Shown here piece after piece: positions 10,334-20,958 of a DNA stretch of 53,262 bases. A program made the translations under genes and the position numbers. Source of the stretch: an uncultured Gammaproteobacteria bacterium (GTDB lineage: Bacteria; Pseudomonadota; Gammaproteobacteria; Poriferisulfidales; GCA-002705445); NCBI GenBank assembly GCA_913065025.1, contig CAJYAP010000004.1:1-53262 (forward strand), written 5' to 3'. The notes beneath the pieces are model-generated. The model was given only the letters and a program-made list of their open reading frames with translations, had not been told where the DNA came from and made no database searches. Numbering within the stretch: the first letter of the stretch is position 1; each line of letters starts with the position of its first letter.

Positions 10334-11368
10334 TTAATTAATTAATTTTAAATTATAAATATTTTGTTTTCCCTCTGCTTTTGAAGATTCTTTATTATTT
10401 GAATTTTTTATTTTTCCATTTTCTCCTTCTATCTTCATACCTAATTTGTTAAATAATTCTCTATCTTTTTCAACTTCTACGTTTGGTGCTGTTAATAATT
10501 CTTCTCCATAAAATACAGAATTCGCCCCTGCATAAAAACATAATGCTTGCATTGATTCTGACATTGATTCTCTTCCTGCAGATAATCTAACATAGGTGTT
10601 AGGCATCATTATTCTTGTTATTGCTATTGTTCTAACAAACTCTATCTCATCTACCTTTTCATTATCATACAGTCTTGTGCCTTCCATCTGAACCAACATG
10701 TTTATTGGTACCGACTCTGGGTGTTTTTCTAGATTAGCTAATTCTATTAAAAGTTTAGCTCTATCATCTCTTGATTCACCAAGTCCTAATATGCCGCCTG
10801 AACATACTTTTATACCTGATTCTCGAACGTATTTTAATGTATTTAGCCTGTCTTGATAATTTCTTGTGCTAATAACTTTTGTATAATGTTCTCTTGAAGT
10901 ATCAAGGTTATGGTTATAATAATTTAGACCTGACTTTGAAAGTCTCATTGCTTGATCTTCAGATAGCATGCCAAGTGTTACGCAACTTTCCATGCCAAGC
11001 CCGTGAACTACATCAATCATTTTAATCACTCTATCTATATTCTTATTGCTAGGCCTTCTCCAAGCTGCCCCCATACAAAATCTAGTAGATCCTTGTTCAC
11101 GTGCAAGCTTTGCTTGTTTTTCAACCTCCTCTAATGACATTAATGGTGTTGCTTCTATTGGGTCTTCGCTATGTATACTTTGAGAGCAATATCCGCAGTC
11201 CTCCGGGCAGCCACCAGTTTTAATAGAGAGTAATGTACAAACTTGCACCATATCTTTTTTATGATTTTTAATATGCGAATTATGAGCTTCATATAACAAT
11301 TCGTTAAAAGGTTTGTTAAAAAGTATCAAAACTTCTTCTAGTTTCCAATCATTTCGCATATTACTCAT
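10334..11368 (-). CDS. bioB: Biotin synthase
   Basis: CPEDCGYC radical-SAM motif, YNHNLDT, VCSGGI, SVPIN, VRLSAGR. Confidence 0.98.
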   Translation of the reverse strand: MSNMRNDWKLEEVLILFNKPFNELLYEAHNSHIKNHKKDMVQVCTLLSIKTGGCPEDCGYCSQSIHSEDPIEATPLMSLEEVEKQAKLAREQGSTRFCMGAAWRRPSNKNIDRVIKMIDVVHGLGMESCVTLGMLSEDQAMRLSKSGLNYYNHNLDTSREHYTKVISTRNYQDRLNTLKYVRESGIKVCSGGILGLGESRDDRAKLLIELANLEKHPESVPINMLVQMEGTRLYDNEKVDEIEFVRTIAITRIMMPNTYVRLSAGRESMSESMQALCFYAGANSVFYGEELLTAPNVEVEKDRELFNKLGMKIEGENGKIKNSNNKESSKAEGKQNIYNLKLIN

Positions 11369-12225
11369 ATAAGATACTCCCCGTATATACCTAAAAAAAT
11401 TAACAAACCCACATATTGATTATTGCTAAAAGCCATTATACAAAATTTTGGCTCCCTTTTTTTTATTAATATTTGATTATACACACCTACCAACATAGCG
11501 AGTACAAGAAAAAAGTAAAAAATATAACTATATTCTTTCAAATAACCTATATATATAAAAATTATGTAAAAACTACACTGAAAAAATCCAATGATAATTT
11601 TATCTCTATTTCCGAAAAGTATTGCTGTTGAGTTAATTCCTATTTTTAAATCATCCTCCTTGTCTGACATTGCATACATTGTATCAAACATGGTCACCCA
11701 TATTAATGTTGCTAGAAAAAAAATCCATGTTATAAAGTTTGGTAATTGATTGGTAATACTAGTAAATGCCATTAGTGTAGAAACAGCAAATGTTATTCCT
11801 AAAAATATTTGAGGTGCTCTAAAAAACCTTTTTGTTAGAGGATAGGAAATAATAAGTAAGATAGCGATAAGGCCAATATAAATAGTTTTTATATTTAGCA
11901 TAAAGAGTAAACCTAAATTTAAAATTGATAATATTGAAAATATTAAAATAACTTCTTTTTTGCTTATTAAGCCTGATGCATAGGGTCTGTTTAGAGTTCT
12001 AGATACTTTATTGTCAAAATTTTTATCAAAAAAATCATTTATTACACAACCAATCGTTCTTGTTGTAATAACCCCTACTAAAAATATTAAGCTTACAAAA
12101 TTATATATTTCACCATTATTATTACATGCAATTACCCAAAATGGTGGCCATAATAGTAATAATATTCCAATAGGACTATTAAGCCTCATTAATTTTATAT
12201 ATAGGTAAAGTTTATTTTTAAACAT
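11365..12225 (-). CDS. ubiA: 4-hydroxybenzoate polyprenyltransferase
   Basis: GCVINDFFDKNFD, RPYASG, YPLTKR, DTMYAMSDKEDD aspartate-rich motifs. Confidence 0.95.
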   Translation of the reverse strand: MFKNKLYLYIKLMRLNSPIGILLLLWPPFWVIACNNNGEIYNFVSLIFLVGVITTRTIGCVINDFFDKNFDNKVSRTLNRPYASGLISKKEVILIFSILSILNLGLLFMLNIKTIYIGLIAILLIISYPLTKRFFRAPQIFLGITFAVSTLMAFTSITNQLPNFITWIFFLATLIWVTMFDTMYAMSDKEDDLKIGINSTAILFGNRDKIIIGFFQCSFYIIFIYIGYLKEYSYIFYFFLVLAMLVGVYNQILIKKREPKFCIMAFSNNQYVGLLIFLGIYGEYLI

Positions 12226-12272
12226 GAAAGAAATAATTTAATATATTTATAAAGAAACTATAATACAACAAA

Positions 12273-12806
12273 ATGACGATAAGAAAATTTAAAGATTTTA
12301 CACCTAATATTGACAAAAATGCTTATATTGATGAAAGCTGTTCAGTGATCGGAGATGTTTCAATTGGCGAGGAGTCTTCTATATGGCCTCAAACCGTCAT
12401 AAGAGGAGATGTGCAAAAAGTAATAATAGGCAAAAGAACGAATGTTCAAGATGGATCTATCCTTCATGTAACAAGCGATAACATATTTACGCCTGGCGGC
12501 TTTCCTTTAAAAATTGGAGATGATGTTACTATTGGACACGGAGTTATTTTGCACGCGTGCACAATAGAAAGTATGAGCCTAGTCGGCATTGGGAGTATAA
12601 TATTGGATGGAGCAATAGTTCAAAGTAATTCTATGATTGCAGCTGGAAGTCTTGTTGGTCCAAATAAAGTAATTGAATCTGGAATTTTATACAAAGGATC
12701 TCCCGCAAAACCTGTAAGAGATTTAACTAAAAAAGAAATTGAGTATATCAGCTTTTCATCAAAGCATTATGTAAATACTATGAAACAACACATAAATACA
12801 AAATGA
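12273..12806 (+). CDS. yrdA: Gamma carbonic anhydrase-like protein (YrdA/CamH family)
   Basis: Hexapeptide repeats, IRGD, NVQD, three His ligands (LHVT, GHGVILH). Confidence 0.88.
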   Translation: MTIRKFKDFTPNIDKNAYIDESCSVIGDVSIGEESSIWPQTVIRGDVQKVIIGKRTNVQDGSILHVTSDNIFTPGGFPLKIGDDVTIGHGVILHACTIESMSLVGIGSIILDGAIVQSNSMIAAGSLVGPNKVIESGILYKGSPAKPVRDLTKKEIEYISFSSKHYVNTMKQHINTK

Positions 12807-13003
12807 ATATAATGCTAAATGGAGAAAATTTCTTTTTTGACAAAAGTTTAACTATAGACGAATTATTAAAAAAAAATAATATAAGCTTACAAAATATTGT
12901 TATAGAGATAAATAAAGAAATAATAACAAAAAGTCTATGGGGGAAATATGAATTAAATAGTGGTGATGAAGTAGAAATTATTACAGCAGTTGGTGGTGGG
13001 TAG
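12803..13003 (+). CDS. thiS: Thiamine sulfur carrier
   Basis: 66 aa ending VGGG, directly before thiG. Confidence 0.93.
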   Translation: MNIMLNGENFFFDKSLTIDELLKKNNISLQNIVIEINKEIITKSLWGKYELNSGDEVEIITAVGGG

Positions 13004-13005
13004 GT

Positions 13006-13776
13006 ATGAGCTTTTTGATAAATAATAGAACTTATAATTCAAGATTAATTATTGGCAGTGGAAAATATAAAGATTTTAAGCAAACAAAAGATGCTCTAGA
13101 TTCAAGTGGGGCACAAATGATTACTGTTGCAATTAAAAGAACTAATGTTGGTCAAAATAATAACCAGAAGAATTTATTAGATTTTATTAACCCTATTGAT
13201 TATAAAATACTTCCAAATACTGCTGGCTGCTACTCTGCAAAAGATGCCATAAGAGTATCTCTTTTAGCAAAAGAATTATTAAATGATAATCTTGTTAAAT
13301 TAGAAGTTTTAGCAGATGAAAACACCTTGTTACCAAATGAAGAAGAAACATTTATTGCAGCAAAAGAACTAGTGGATCTTGGTTTTTCAGTAATGGTTTA
13401 CACTACTGATAACATTAAATTGGCAAAAGAACTTGAAGAAATTGGATGTGATGCTGTCATGCCACTCGCCTCACCAATTGGTACTGGTCAAGGAATTGTC
13501 AACTCTGTGAATATAAAAAAAATTATTAAGAATGCAAATATTCCAATTATTATTGATGCAGGTATCGGAACTGCAAGCGATGCAACTATAGCCATGGAAA
13601 TAGGTTGTGACGCAGTTTTATTAAATTCTGCAATAGCTATGTCTGACAATCCAATATTAATGGCAGAAGCTATGAAATATGCTGTAATTTCAGGAAGAAA
13701 GGCTTATGAGGCGAAAAGGATGAAGTTAAGCAATACTGCCATTGCCTCAAGCAACAAAAAAGATGCATTATCATGA
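13006..13776 (+). CDS. thiG: Thiazole synthase
   Basis: [41 protein letters not shown]. Confidence 0.97.
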   Translation: MSFLINNRTYNSRLIIGSGKYKDFKQTKDALDSSGAQMITVAIKRTNVGQNNNQKNLLDFINPIDYKILPNTAGCYSAKDAIRVSLLAKELLNDNLVKLEVLADENTLLPNEEETFIAAKELVDLGFSVMVYTTDNIKLAKELEEIGCDAVMPLASPIGTGQGIVNSVNIKKIIKNANIPIIIDAGIGTASDATIAMEIGCDAVLLNSAIAMSDNPILMAEAMKYAVISGRKAYEAKRMKLSNTAIASSNKKDALS

Positions 13777-14438
13777 ATAATTCAAATCACATAAAAAGCT
13801 TTGTCAAAAGAAGTGGTAGAATAACGAACTCACAAAAAGTATTTTTAAATAATAAAGATAGTGATTATAATTTTTTTTCTATTGATAAAGCATTGCATTA
13901 CGAAAAAATATTTAATAATAAAAATCCATATGTTTTAGATATTGGGTTTGGGGATGGAAAATTATTAACTAACATAGCAAAAAAATTTCCTGAAGTGAAT
14001 TTTATAGGTCTCGAAGTTTATGAATCAGGTATAGGTAATGTTTTGAAGCAGATTTGTGAGGAAGAATTAGATAATATAAAAATATCTTGCTGTGACGCTA
14101 TTGTTTTTTTAAGTAATTTTATAAAAGATGAAAGTCTTTATGGTGTAAGTTTATTTTTTCCAGATCCATGGCCAAAGAAAAAACATCATAAAAGAAGAAT
14201 AATAGATAAAGAATTTATTAATTTATTATCTCGTAAAATTTATAAAAATGGTTTTATTAAAATTGCTACTGACTGGTCAAATTATAGTGATATTATAATC
14301 GAAATATTTAATCAAAATAATAAATTTGAGAAAATTAATGATATTTATTTATATAAAAATAGATGTCTGACAAAATTCGAAAAAAGAGGTATTTCTCTTG
14401 GACATAAAATTTCTGAATTATCTTATAGATTAAAATAA
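13773..14438 (+). CDS. trmB: tRNA (guanine-N7)-methyltransferase
   Basis: [34 protein letters not shown]. Confidence 0.96.
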   Translation: MNNSNHIKSFVKRSGRITNSQKVFLNNKDSDYNFFSIDKALHYEKIFNNKNPYVLDIGFGDGKLLTNIAKKFPEVNFIGLEVYESGIGNVLKQICEEELDNIKISCCDAIVFLSNFIKDESLYGVSLFFPDPWPKKKHHKRRIIDKEFINLLSRKIYKNGFIKIATDWSNYSDIIIEIFNQNNKFEKINDIYLYKNRCLTKFEKRGISLGHKISELSYRLK

Positions 14439-14453
14439 TCTTATTAATCTATT

Positions 14454-16274
14454 TTATTTTTTTATCTTCTTTATACTTGCTTCATATATTGAAGATAAAC
14501 CTGCTGTATCTCTATTCATTGGACATATTTCACTAGTACAAAATGGTGGTGAAATATTTGTGCATCCTAAATCTGACCATGCGCTTTCTATTGCGCCATC
14601 AATAGTCCTATGAAAATGATTTTTCCATTGCCCTGTTGAATAACCAGTATCTACAAAAATCTTTAAGATTGGCTTATGCACCCTAGCAAAATATAATTTA
14701 ATATTCTGATCATAAAGTCGCGACGACAAACTATTTAGCATATCCTGTCCTGAAGCGTCTATTTCATTAATAGCTATTGCGTCTATTATGAAATATCTTA
14801 GCTCAGGTTTAGTTGCCACTCTTTCAATAACTTCATTTTCGAAATGACCCGCATTAGTAAATATTAGAGGGCCATCAAATCGCATAACTGATATTGAGCA
14901 ACATTTTGGGATATTATTTGCGTCAGAATTTCTAAATATCCCTTGTTTATTTTTTGATAAACATATTACTCTTGGTCTCATAGACCTATAACAATAACTT
15001 GCGAGGGACAGTACAATACCAACTATTATTCCCATCTCTAATTCTGGAGCTAGAAGTAATGTTACAAAAAATGTAATAATCGATATTACTGCATCTTGCT
15101 TTTGAACTCTCCAAGCATATTTTATTGGTTTAAATTTAATTAAATTCACAACAGCAGTTATTATTACTGCTGCAAGTGTTGCCTGTGGAAGATGGTATAG
15201 TAATGGAGTTAAAAATAATAATGTTATTCCTACAACTAAACCTGTAACAACAGATGAAAATCCTGTTACCGCGCCTGCTGAAATATTAACAGCTGACCTT
15301 GAAAAAGATCCTGAGACTGGGTAACCTTGGAAAAAACTAGATGCTAAATTACTTAAGCCCTGCCCTATTAATTCTTGATCAGCATCTAATCTCTGCTTAG
15401 TTTGTGTTGCCATTGCCTTTGCAATTGAAATAGCTTCCATAAAACCTATCAAACTAATAGCTATAGCAACTGTTCCTAAATTAACAAGCTGCGTAACGTC
15501 TATTTGCGGCATTTGGATAGAAGGTAACCCATCAGGGACTACTCCAATTACTTTTCCCCCAAAATTTGTCTCAAATTTAATGTACCAAGATATAAGTGTA
15601 GTTATAACTACCGAGATTAATACTGAAGGGTACTTATTAGAAATTCTCCTAACAAAAAGTATAATAAATATTGCTAAAAGACCCATTAACAAAGTAGGCG
15701 TATGCGTGCTTACTAAAGATTCAGATATTACCATCATAATAGTTTGGTAGTGGTGTTCTTGAGAAACTACACTTACTCCAAATAATTTTGATAATTGTGA
15801 TGTAGCAATTATTATTGCAGCAGCATTAGTGAATCCAGTTACAACTGGGTGAGATAGAAAATCAACTAATACCCCTAATCTCAATAAACCCAGGCATAAT
15901 TGAAATAAACCCACAAGAAATGCCAGCATAATTGCATATGCAATGTAACCTGTTGGATCGCTACTAGCTATAGGCTCTAAAGCTGCTGCTGTTAAAAGAC
16001 TTACTACAGCTACTGGACCTGTTGCTAATTGTCTTGAGGAGCCAAAAATAGATGCAATAGCTACTGGCAAGAAAGAAGCATAAAGGCCATAGTAAGGTGG
16101 TAAGCCTGCTAATTGCGCATATGCCATAGATTGCGGCACTAAGACTAAAGCTACTGTAACCCCAGCAATAATATCAGCCTGTAAAATTTTTGGGTTTTTA
16201 AGATCAGAAATCCAATCTTTAAAAGGAAAAAATCTTTTTAATATAAATTTTTGTATGTAGTCAACCATTATCAT
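14454..16274 (-). CDS. SulP/SLC26 family anion transporter with STAS domain
   Basis: PQSMAYA, GLYAS, GSSRQLATGP, QELIGQG, GSFSRSAVN; STAS region RFDGPL..IDASG. Confidence 0.93.
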   Translation of the reverse strand: MIMVDYIQKFILKRFFPFKDWISDLKNPKILQADIIAGVTVALVLVPQSMAYAQLAGLPPYYGLYASFLPVAIASIFGSSRQLATGPVAVVSLLTAAALEPIASSDPTGYIAYAIMLAFLVGLFQLCLGLLRLGVLVDFLSHPVVTGFTNAAAIIIATSQLSKLFGVSVVSQEHHYQTIMMVISESLVSTHTPTLLMGLLAIFIILFVRRISNKYPSVLISVVITTLISWYIKFETNFGGKVIGVVPDGLPSIQMPQIDVTQLVNLGTVAIAISLIGFMEAISIAKAMATQTKQRLDADQELIGQGLSNLASSFFQGYPVSGSFSRSAVNISAGAVTGFSSVVTGLVVGITLLFLTPLLYHLPQATLAAVIITAVVNLIKFKPIKYAWRVQKQDAVISIITFFVTLLLAPELEMGIIVGIVLSLASYCYRSMRPRVICLSKNKQGIFRNSDANNIPKCCSISVMRFDGPLIFTNAGHFENEVIERVATKPELRYFIIDAIAINEIDASGQDMLNSLSSRLYDQNIKLYFARVHKPILKIFVDTGYSTGQWKNHFHRTIDGAIESAWSDLGCTNISPPFCTSEICPMNRDTAGLSSIYEASIKKIKK

Positions 16275-16282
16275 AATTTTAT

Positions 16283-18364
16283 TTACTGACGCAAAATAGC
16301 GATATTTGCTAAATTATTATAGTGATTATTAATTAGGCTTAATAACGATAGCCTATTTAGCTTAATGCCTTCTTCTTTATCATTAATCATCACTTCTTCA
16401 AAAAATGTTTTTATACAAGAATTAAGAGAATTTAGCTCTTTTAAATAATTTTCATAGTCACTTTTCGCCAATAATATCTTTAGATCATCCTCAATCTTGA
16501 TAATAGTATTATATAATATCTTTTCACTAGATTCTCTTAGTAAATTTTCTTTAATATTCCCTGTTAAAGCTAAATTAGATTTCTTTAATATATTCGATAC
16601 TCTTTTTGCATTACTGAAAAGTTGCTGGTAATCATCATTTGTTAATATTGTGTTTATTGCCTTAATCTTTTTTTGGCTTTGATGCGGGTTAATATTTTTT
16701 GTATTGTCTACTACGGAGCGAATAACATTTTGTTCATAATTATAATTTTCTTTAAACAGAGAAAATAATTTTTCTTTTATATACATTTCGCAATCGTTCA
16801 AAGCATTCTTATCATCTTTTAAATTATTAAGTTTGCAATAAATAACTCTATGTACTTCATTAATCAATTTTGTCAAATCAATACTATAATTTATCTCAAG
16901 TAAAATTTTCAATACTCCATTTACAGATCTCCTTATTCCCAAAGGATCTCTAGTACCACTTGGTTTTTCTTTGACCAAGAAAATACCTACAATAGTATCT
17001 AGTTTGTCTGCTAATGAAACAATTTTAGCATCTGAACTTTTTGGGAGATTGTCTTCAGGATTTCTTGGAGCATAGTGATCTTTGATACCATCAGCCACTA
17101 TAGGATCTAAGCCAATTTTATTAGCATAATAACTTCCGATGTACCCTTGCAATTTCGGCATTTCTACAACCATATTTGAAATTAAATCTAGCTTACATAC
17201 TTCTGCTATTTCTTTACATAATAATTTTTTATTCTGATAACTTTGTGCATTTATATAATTAGATATCTCAATAATCCTTTGAACTTTATCAAACATACTT
17301 CCAAGTTTTTTATGAAAAATTACTCTTTTAAGAAATTCTTTATTTTTAAAAATATTGTTTGATAAATCTTTAGATATAAAAAATTGCGCATCATCTAATC
17401 TTGGATTAATTACTCTTTCATTTCCCTGGATAATATTTTTGTTGACTATTACATTAGAAACTCCGATAAAATTATTAGTTATTTTATTACTTTTGAATAC
17501 TAAAGAATATTTTTGTGTTTCTTGAATCACATACTTTAATACTTCATCTGGAAGATCTAAATATTTTTTAGGAAATTTACCCAAATAAATATAGGGGTAT
17601 TCAACCATATTAGTTAATTCACTAATTAATTTTAAATCTATTTTTTTGTCATAACCATTTTTGTCTATTATATTTTCAATCTCGTCTTGAATAATTTTCT
17701 GTCTATTTTTATGGTTAATTTCTATATTCGCGCTTTTAAGTTTAATAAAATACTCTTCAATACTTCTAATTTGTATTTTTTTTCCTGACAAAGATTTATT
17801 CCCAAAAGTATAATCTTCGGTTTTTATTCCTAATATTTGAGAAGATATATTTTCTTTTTCTAGGAGTAATAGCATCCATCTTATTGGCCTGATAAAAGAA
17901 ATCTTAGAACTACCCCATCTCATTTTCTTTTGTTCTTCTACTTTATTAATAGAATCTTCTAAAATGTTAGGCAATTTATCTTTGACGTTTATTATTGTTT
18001 CAGGCTTCTCATAGTATAAATATTTTTTTCCATCAAGTTCTTTCTCGCTAAGATCCTCTATACTTGATCCATATTTTTTAGCAAAGCCTAATCCAGTTTT
18101 TGTTGGCTTTCCTAATTGGTCAAAACATTTATCTAATGGTGGGCCTTTAATTAATTTTTTCTCAAGAATAATTTCTTCATTAATATTATTAACTAAAAAT
18201 ATTAGTCTTATATTTGTATAAAAATTATCTATTGATTCAAAATCTATATTATTTTGGAAAAAATTTTCTTCAATATTCTTTTTTAATTTTTCAGAAAAGA
18301 TATTTAAATTTTTCGCAGGAAGGTCTTCTAAACCTATTTCAAAAAGTAATTTTTTTTTTTCCAT
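16283..18364 (-). CDS. glyS: Glycine--tRNA ligase beta subunit
   Basis: LLFEIGLEDLP, FIRPIRW, ELQG-like PKLQG, ADKLDT, GTRDPLGIRR. Confidence 0.96.
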   Translation of the reverse strand: MEKKKLLFEIGLEDLPAKNLNIFSEKLKKNIEENFFQNNIDFESIDNFYTNIRLIFLVNNINEEIILEKKLIKGPPLDKCFDQLGKPTKTGLGFAKKYGSSIEDLSEKELDGKKYLYYEKPETIINVKDKLPNILEDSINKVEEQKKMRWGSSKISFIRPIRWMLLLLEKENISSQILGIKTEDYTFGNKSLSGKKIQIRSIEEYFIKLKSANIEINHKNRQKIIQDEIENIIDKNGYDKKIDLKLISELTNMVEYPYIYLGKFPKKYLDLPDEVLKYVIQETQKYSLVFKSNKITNNFIGVSNVIVNKNIIQGNERVINPRLDDAQFFISKDLSNNIFKNKEFLKRVIFHKKLGSMFDKVQRIIEISNYINAQSYQNKKLLCKEIAEVCKLDLISNMVVEMPKLQGYIGSYYANKIGLDPIVADGIKDHYAPRNPEDNLPKSSDAKIVSLADKLDTIVGIFLVKEKPSGTRDPLGIRRSVNGVLKILLEINYSIDLTKLINEVHRVIYCKLNNLKDDKNALNDCEMYIKEKLFSLFKENYNYEQNVIRSVVDNTKNINPHQSQKKIKAINTILTNDDYQQLFSNAKRVSNILKKSNLALTGNIKENLLRESSEKILYNTIIKIEDDLKILLAKSDYENYLKELNSLNSCIKTFFEEVMINDKEEGIKLNRLSLLSLINNHYNNLANIAILRQ

Positions 18365-18370
18365 AATTTA

Positions 18371-19240
18371 TTATTTCTTCATTAAGGGAAAATTAATTTT
18401 TTCTCTACTCTCAAGATATTTTTGTGCAATTAAAAATGATAATTTTCTTAATCTTAAAATGTAAGCCTGTCTTTCTGTAGCTGATACCGCTTGTTTTGAA
18501 TCTAGCAAATTTAATGAATGTGAATTTTGCAATAATATATCGTATGCTGGAATTGGTAGATTTTTATCTAATAAATTAATACATTCTTTTTCCATATCAT
18601 CAAATAACTTTATTAGTATTTTTGGCTCTACGAGCTCAAAATTATATTTAGAATTTTCTTGTTCATTTTGTAAATATATTTCTCCATAAGTAATATCTTC
18701 GTTCCATTTTATATCATATAAATTATCTACTGATTGAAGGTGCATTGCTATTCTTTCCAATCCATATGTAAGCTCCCCAGTGACAGGATTACAATCTATT
18801 CCACCAATTTGCTGAAAATATGTAAATTGACTTATTTCCATACCATTTAGCCAAACCTCCCACCCTACTCCTGCTGCCCCCAAAGAGGGTGATTCCCAGT
18901 TATCATCAATGAACTTAATATCATTACAATTTCTTTCCACACCAATATCCGCTAATGATTTAATATATAAATCTTGTATATCGTCTGGGGACGGCTTTAA
19001 AATTACCTGAAGTTGATAGTAATGTTGTAATCTATTTGGATTTTCTCCATATCGTCCATCTGTTGGTCTTCTGCAAGGCTGAGCATATACAGCCTTCCAA
19101 GGTTCTGGGCCGAGTGCTCGCAAAAATGTCGACGGGTGGAATGTTGCTGCACCTACAGGAAAATCATAGGGTTCTAAGGAAACACAGCCTTTGCTTGCCC
19201 AAAATGACTTTAATTTAAATATAATTTCTTGAAATGTCAT
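18371..19240 (-). CDS. glyQ: Glycine--tRNA ligase alpha subunit
   Basis: [45 protein letters not shown]. Confidence 0.98.
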   Translation of the reverse strand: MTFQEIIFKLKSFWASKGCVSLEPYDFPVGAATFHPSTFLRALGPEPWKAVYAQPCRRPTDGRYGENPNRLQHYYQLQVILKPSPDDIQDLYIKSLADIGVERNCNDIKFIDDNWESPSLGAAGVGWEVWLNGMEISQFTYFQQIGGIDCNPVTGELTYGLERIAMHLQSVDNLYDIKWNEDITYGEIYLQNEQENSKYNFELVEPKILIKLFDDMEKECINLLDKNLPIPAYDILLQNSHSLNLLDSKQAVSATERQAYILRLRKLSFLIAQKYLESREKINFPLMKK

Positions 19241-19391
19241 AATTTAAAAATACCCAGATAAATAGGTTCTATTATAAAACAAAGTTTAATTTTCAATTAT
19301 TAATATACTACTATATAAATCTCATATATTATTGAATCGTACTAACAATTTAACACAATTTTAGTAATATTTTATGCCTACTAGCCTAACA

Positions 19392-19408
19392 TGGCACAAA
19401 ATATGCAT
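19392..19408 (+). promoter_or_regulatory. sigma54 (-24/-12) promoter of glnA
   Basis: TGGCAC-AAAAT-ATGCAT, GG-N10-GC, about 50 nt before the glnA ATG; AGGAG SD at 19446-19450. Confidence 0.8.
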
Positions 19409-19456
19409 GTTTTAAAAAACAAAATGAAAATAATGTAATACACATAGGAGCGAATA

Positions 19457-20863
19457 ATGTCAGATATAATGAAAACAATAAAGGAGAATGACGTCAAATT
19501 TGTTGATTTGAGATTCACTGATACAAAAGGCAAAGAACAACATGTAACAATTCCCGTAGGCGCAGTAGAAGAATCTTTATTCGAAGATGGTAAAATGTTT
19601 GATGGTTCTTCGATTGCTGGCTGGAAAGCAATTAATGAGTCAGATATGATCCTTATGCCAGATGTTGACACAGCAGTTATGGACCCATTCTTCAGTGATC
19701 CAACTTTAACAGTTAGGTGTAATATTCTTGAGCCTAGTACTGGAGAAGGATACAGTCGTGACCCAAGATCTATTGCTAATAGAGCTGAAAAATATTTAGT
19801 AGACTCCGGTATCGCAGACACAGCTTATTTTGGCCCTGAGCCAGAATTTTTTATATTTGATTCAGTTACTTATGGTAATGAAATCGGAGAATCGTTTTAT
19901 AGAGTTGAGTCAGAAGAGGGTTGTTTTAGCTCTGGAGAACAATACGAAGATGGAAACACTGGTCATAGACCAGGGGTTAAAGGGGGTTATTTTCCTGTGC
20001 CACCAGTTGATTCTTTCCAAGATATTCGTTCTGCAATGTGCAACGTTCTCGAAGAAATGGGTGTAGAAACTGAAGTGCATCATCATGAAGTTGCAACTGC
20101 TGGACAATGTGAAATCGCAACCAAGTTCGACACAATGGTAAAAAGAGCAGATAAAAACCAAGTGATGAAATATGTAATACACAATGTGGCTCATAATTAT
20201 GGAAAAACAGCTACATTTATGCCTAAACCTATTATTAATGATAATGGTAATGGTATGCACGTACATCAATCATTATTTCTAAATGGAGAAAATTTATTTT
20301 TAGGTAATAAATATGGTGGTTTATCAAAACTTGCCCTACATTATATCGGTGGAATTATAAAACATGCAAAAGCTATAAATGCTTTCTCTAACGCAGCTAC
20401 AAATAGTTATAAAAGACTAGTGCCAGGTTTTGAAGCTCCAACTATTTTAACTTATTCTGCTAAAAATAGATCTGCAAGCATAAGAATTCCTTATGTTGCG
20501 AATGACAAAGCTAGACGAATTGAAGTAAGGTTCCCTGACGCATGTGGAAATCCTTATCTTACATTTACAGCGCTAATGATGGCTGGGCTTGATGGGATTA
20601 AAAATCAAATAGATCCAGGACCAAATATGGATATTGATCTGTTTGATGATCTTAGTCCCGAAGACGAAGCTAAAATTCCTCATGTATGTTCTTCTCTTGA
20701 TGAAGCTCTGAAGTCTTTAGATGAAGACAGAGAATTTTTAAAAGCAGGTGGCGTTTTTGATGACGATACAATAGATGCATATATAGCTCTTAAGATGGAG
20801 GAAGTGCAAGCTTTTCAAGCCAATACTCATCCACTAGAGTTTGAAATGTACTATAGCTTATAA
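19457..20863 (+). CDS. glnA: Glutamine synthetase type I
   Basis: [58 protein letters not shown]. Confidence 0.99.
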   Translation: MSDIMKTIKENDVKFVDLRFTDTKGKEQHVTIPVGAVEESLFEDGKMFDGSSIAGWKAINESDMILMPDVDTAVMDPFFSDPTLTVRCNILEPSTGEGYSRDPRSIANRAEKYLVDSGIADTAYFGPEPEFFIFDSVTYGNEIGESFYRVESEEGCFSSGEQYEDGNTGHRPGVKGGYFPVPPVDSFQDIRSAMCNVLEEMGVETEVHHHEVATAGQCEIATKFDTMVKRADKNQVMKYVIHNVAHNYGKTATFMPKPIINDNGNGMHVHQSLFLNGENLFLGNKYGGLSKLALHYIGGIIKHAKAINAFSNAATNSYKRLVPGFEAPTILTYSAKNRSASIRIPYVANDKARRIEVRFPDACGNPYLTFTALMMAGLDGIKNQIDPGPNMDIDLFDDLSPEDEAKIPHVCSSLDEALKSLDEDREFLKAGGVFDDDTIDAYIALKMEEVQAFQANTHPLEFEMYYSL

Positions 20864-20874
20864 TAGTTACTTTA

Positions 20875-20897
20875 TAACGCTCTTTTACAGGGCGTTA
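20875..20897 (+). terminator. Stem-loop after glnA (weak terminator or stabiliser)
   Basis: TAACGCTCT-TTTAC-AGGGCGTTA, a 9-bp stem with one G-U; short U tail. Confidence 0.55.
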
Positions 20898-20907
20898 CTT
20901 CAAAAAA

Positions 20908-20952
20908 ATAATGCACTTTTATAGTGCATTATCAATTGCCTTACTATACAAT
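20908..20952 (+). promoter_or_regulatory. NtrC box overlapping the -35 of a putative sigma70 ntrB promoter
   Basis: ATAATGCAC-TTTTATA-GTGCATTAT (TGCAC-N7-GTGCA with palindromic flanks); GTGCAT-17 nt-TACAAT. Confidence 0.82.
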
Positions 20953-20958
20953 TAGTAA

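Noticed and set aside
18350-18362. Homopolymer A/T tracts as phase-variation switches
   Set aside because: Runs of 8-12 A/T are common at this GC content and occur in essential genes with intact frames
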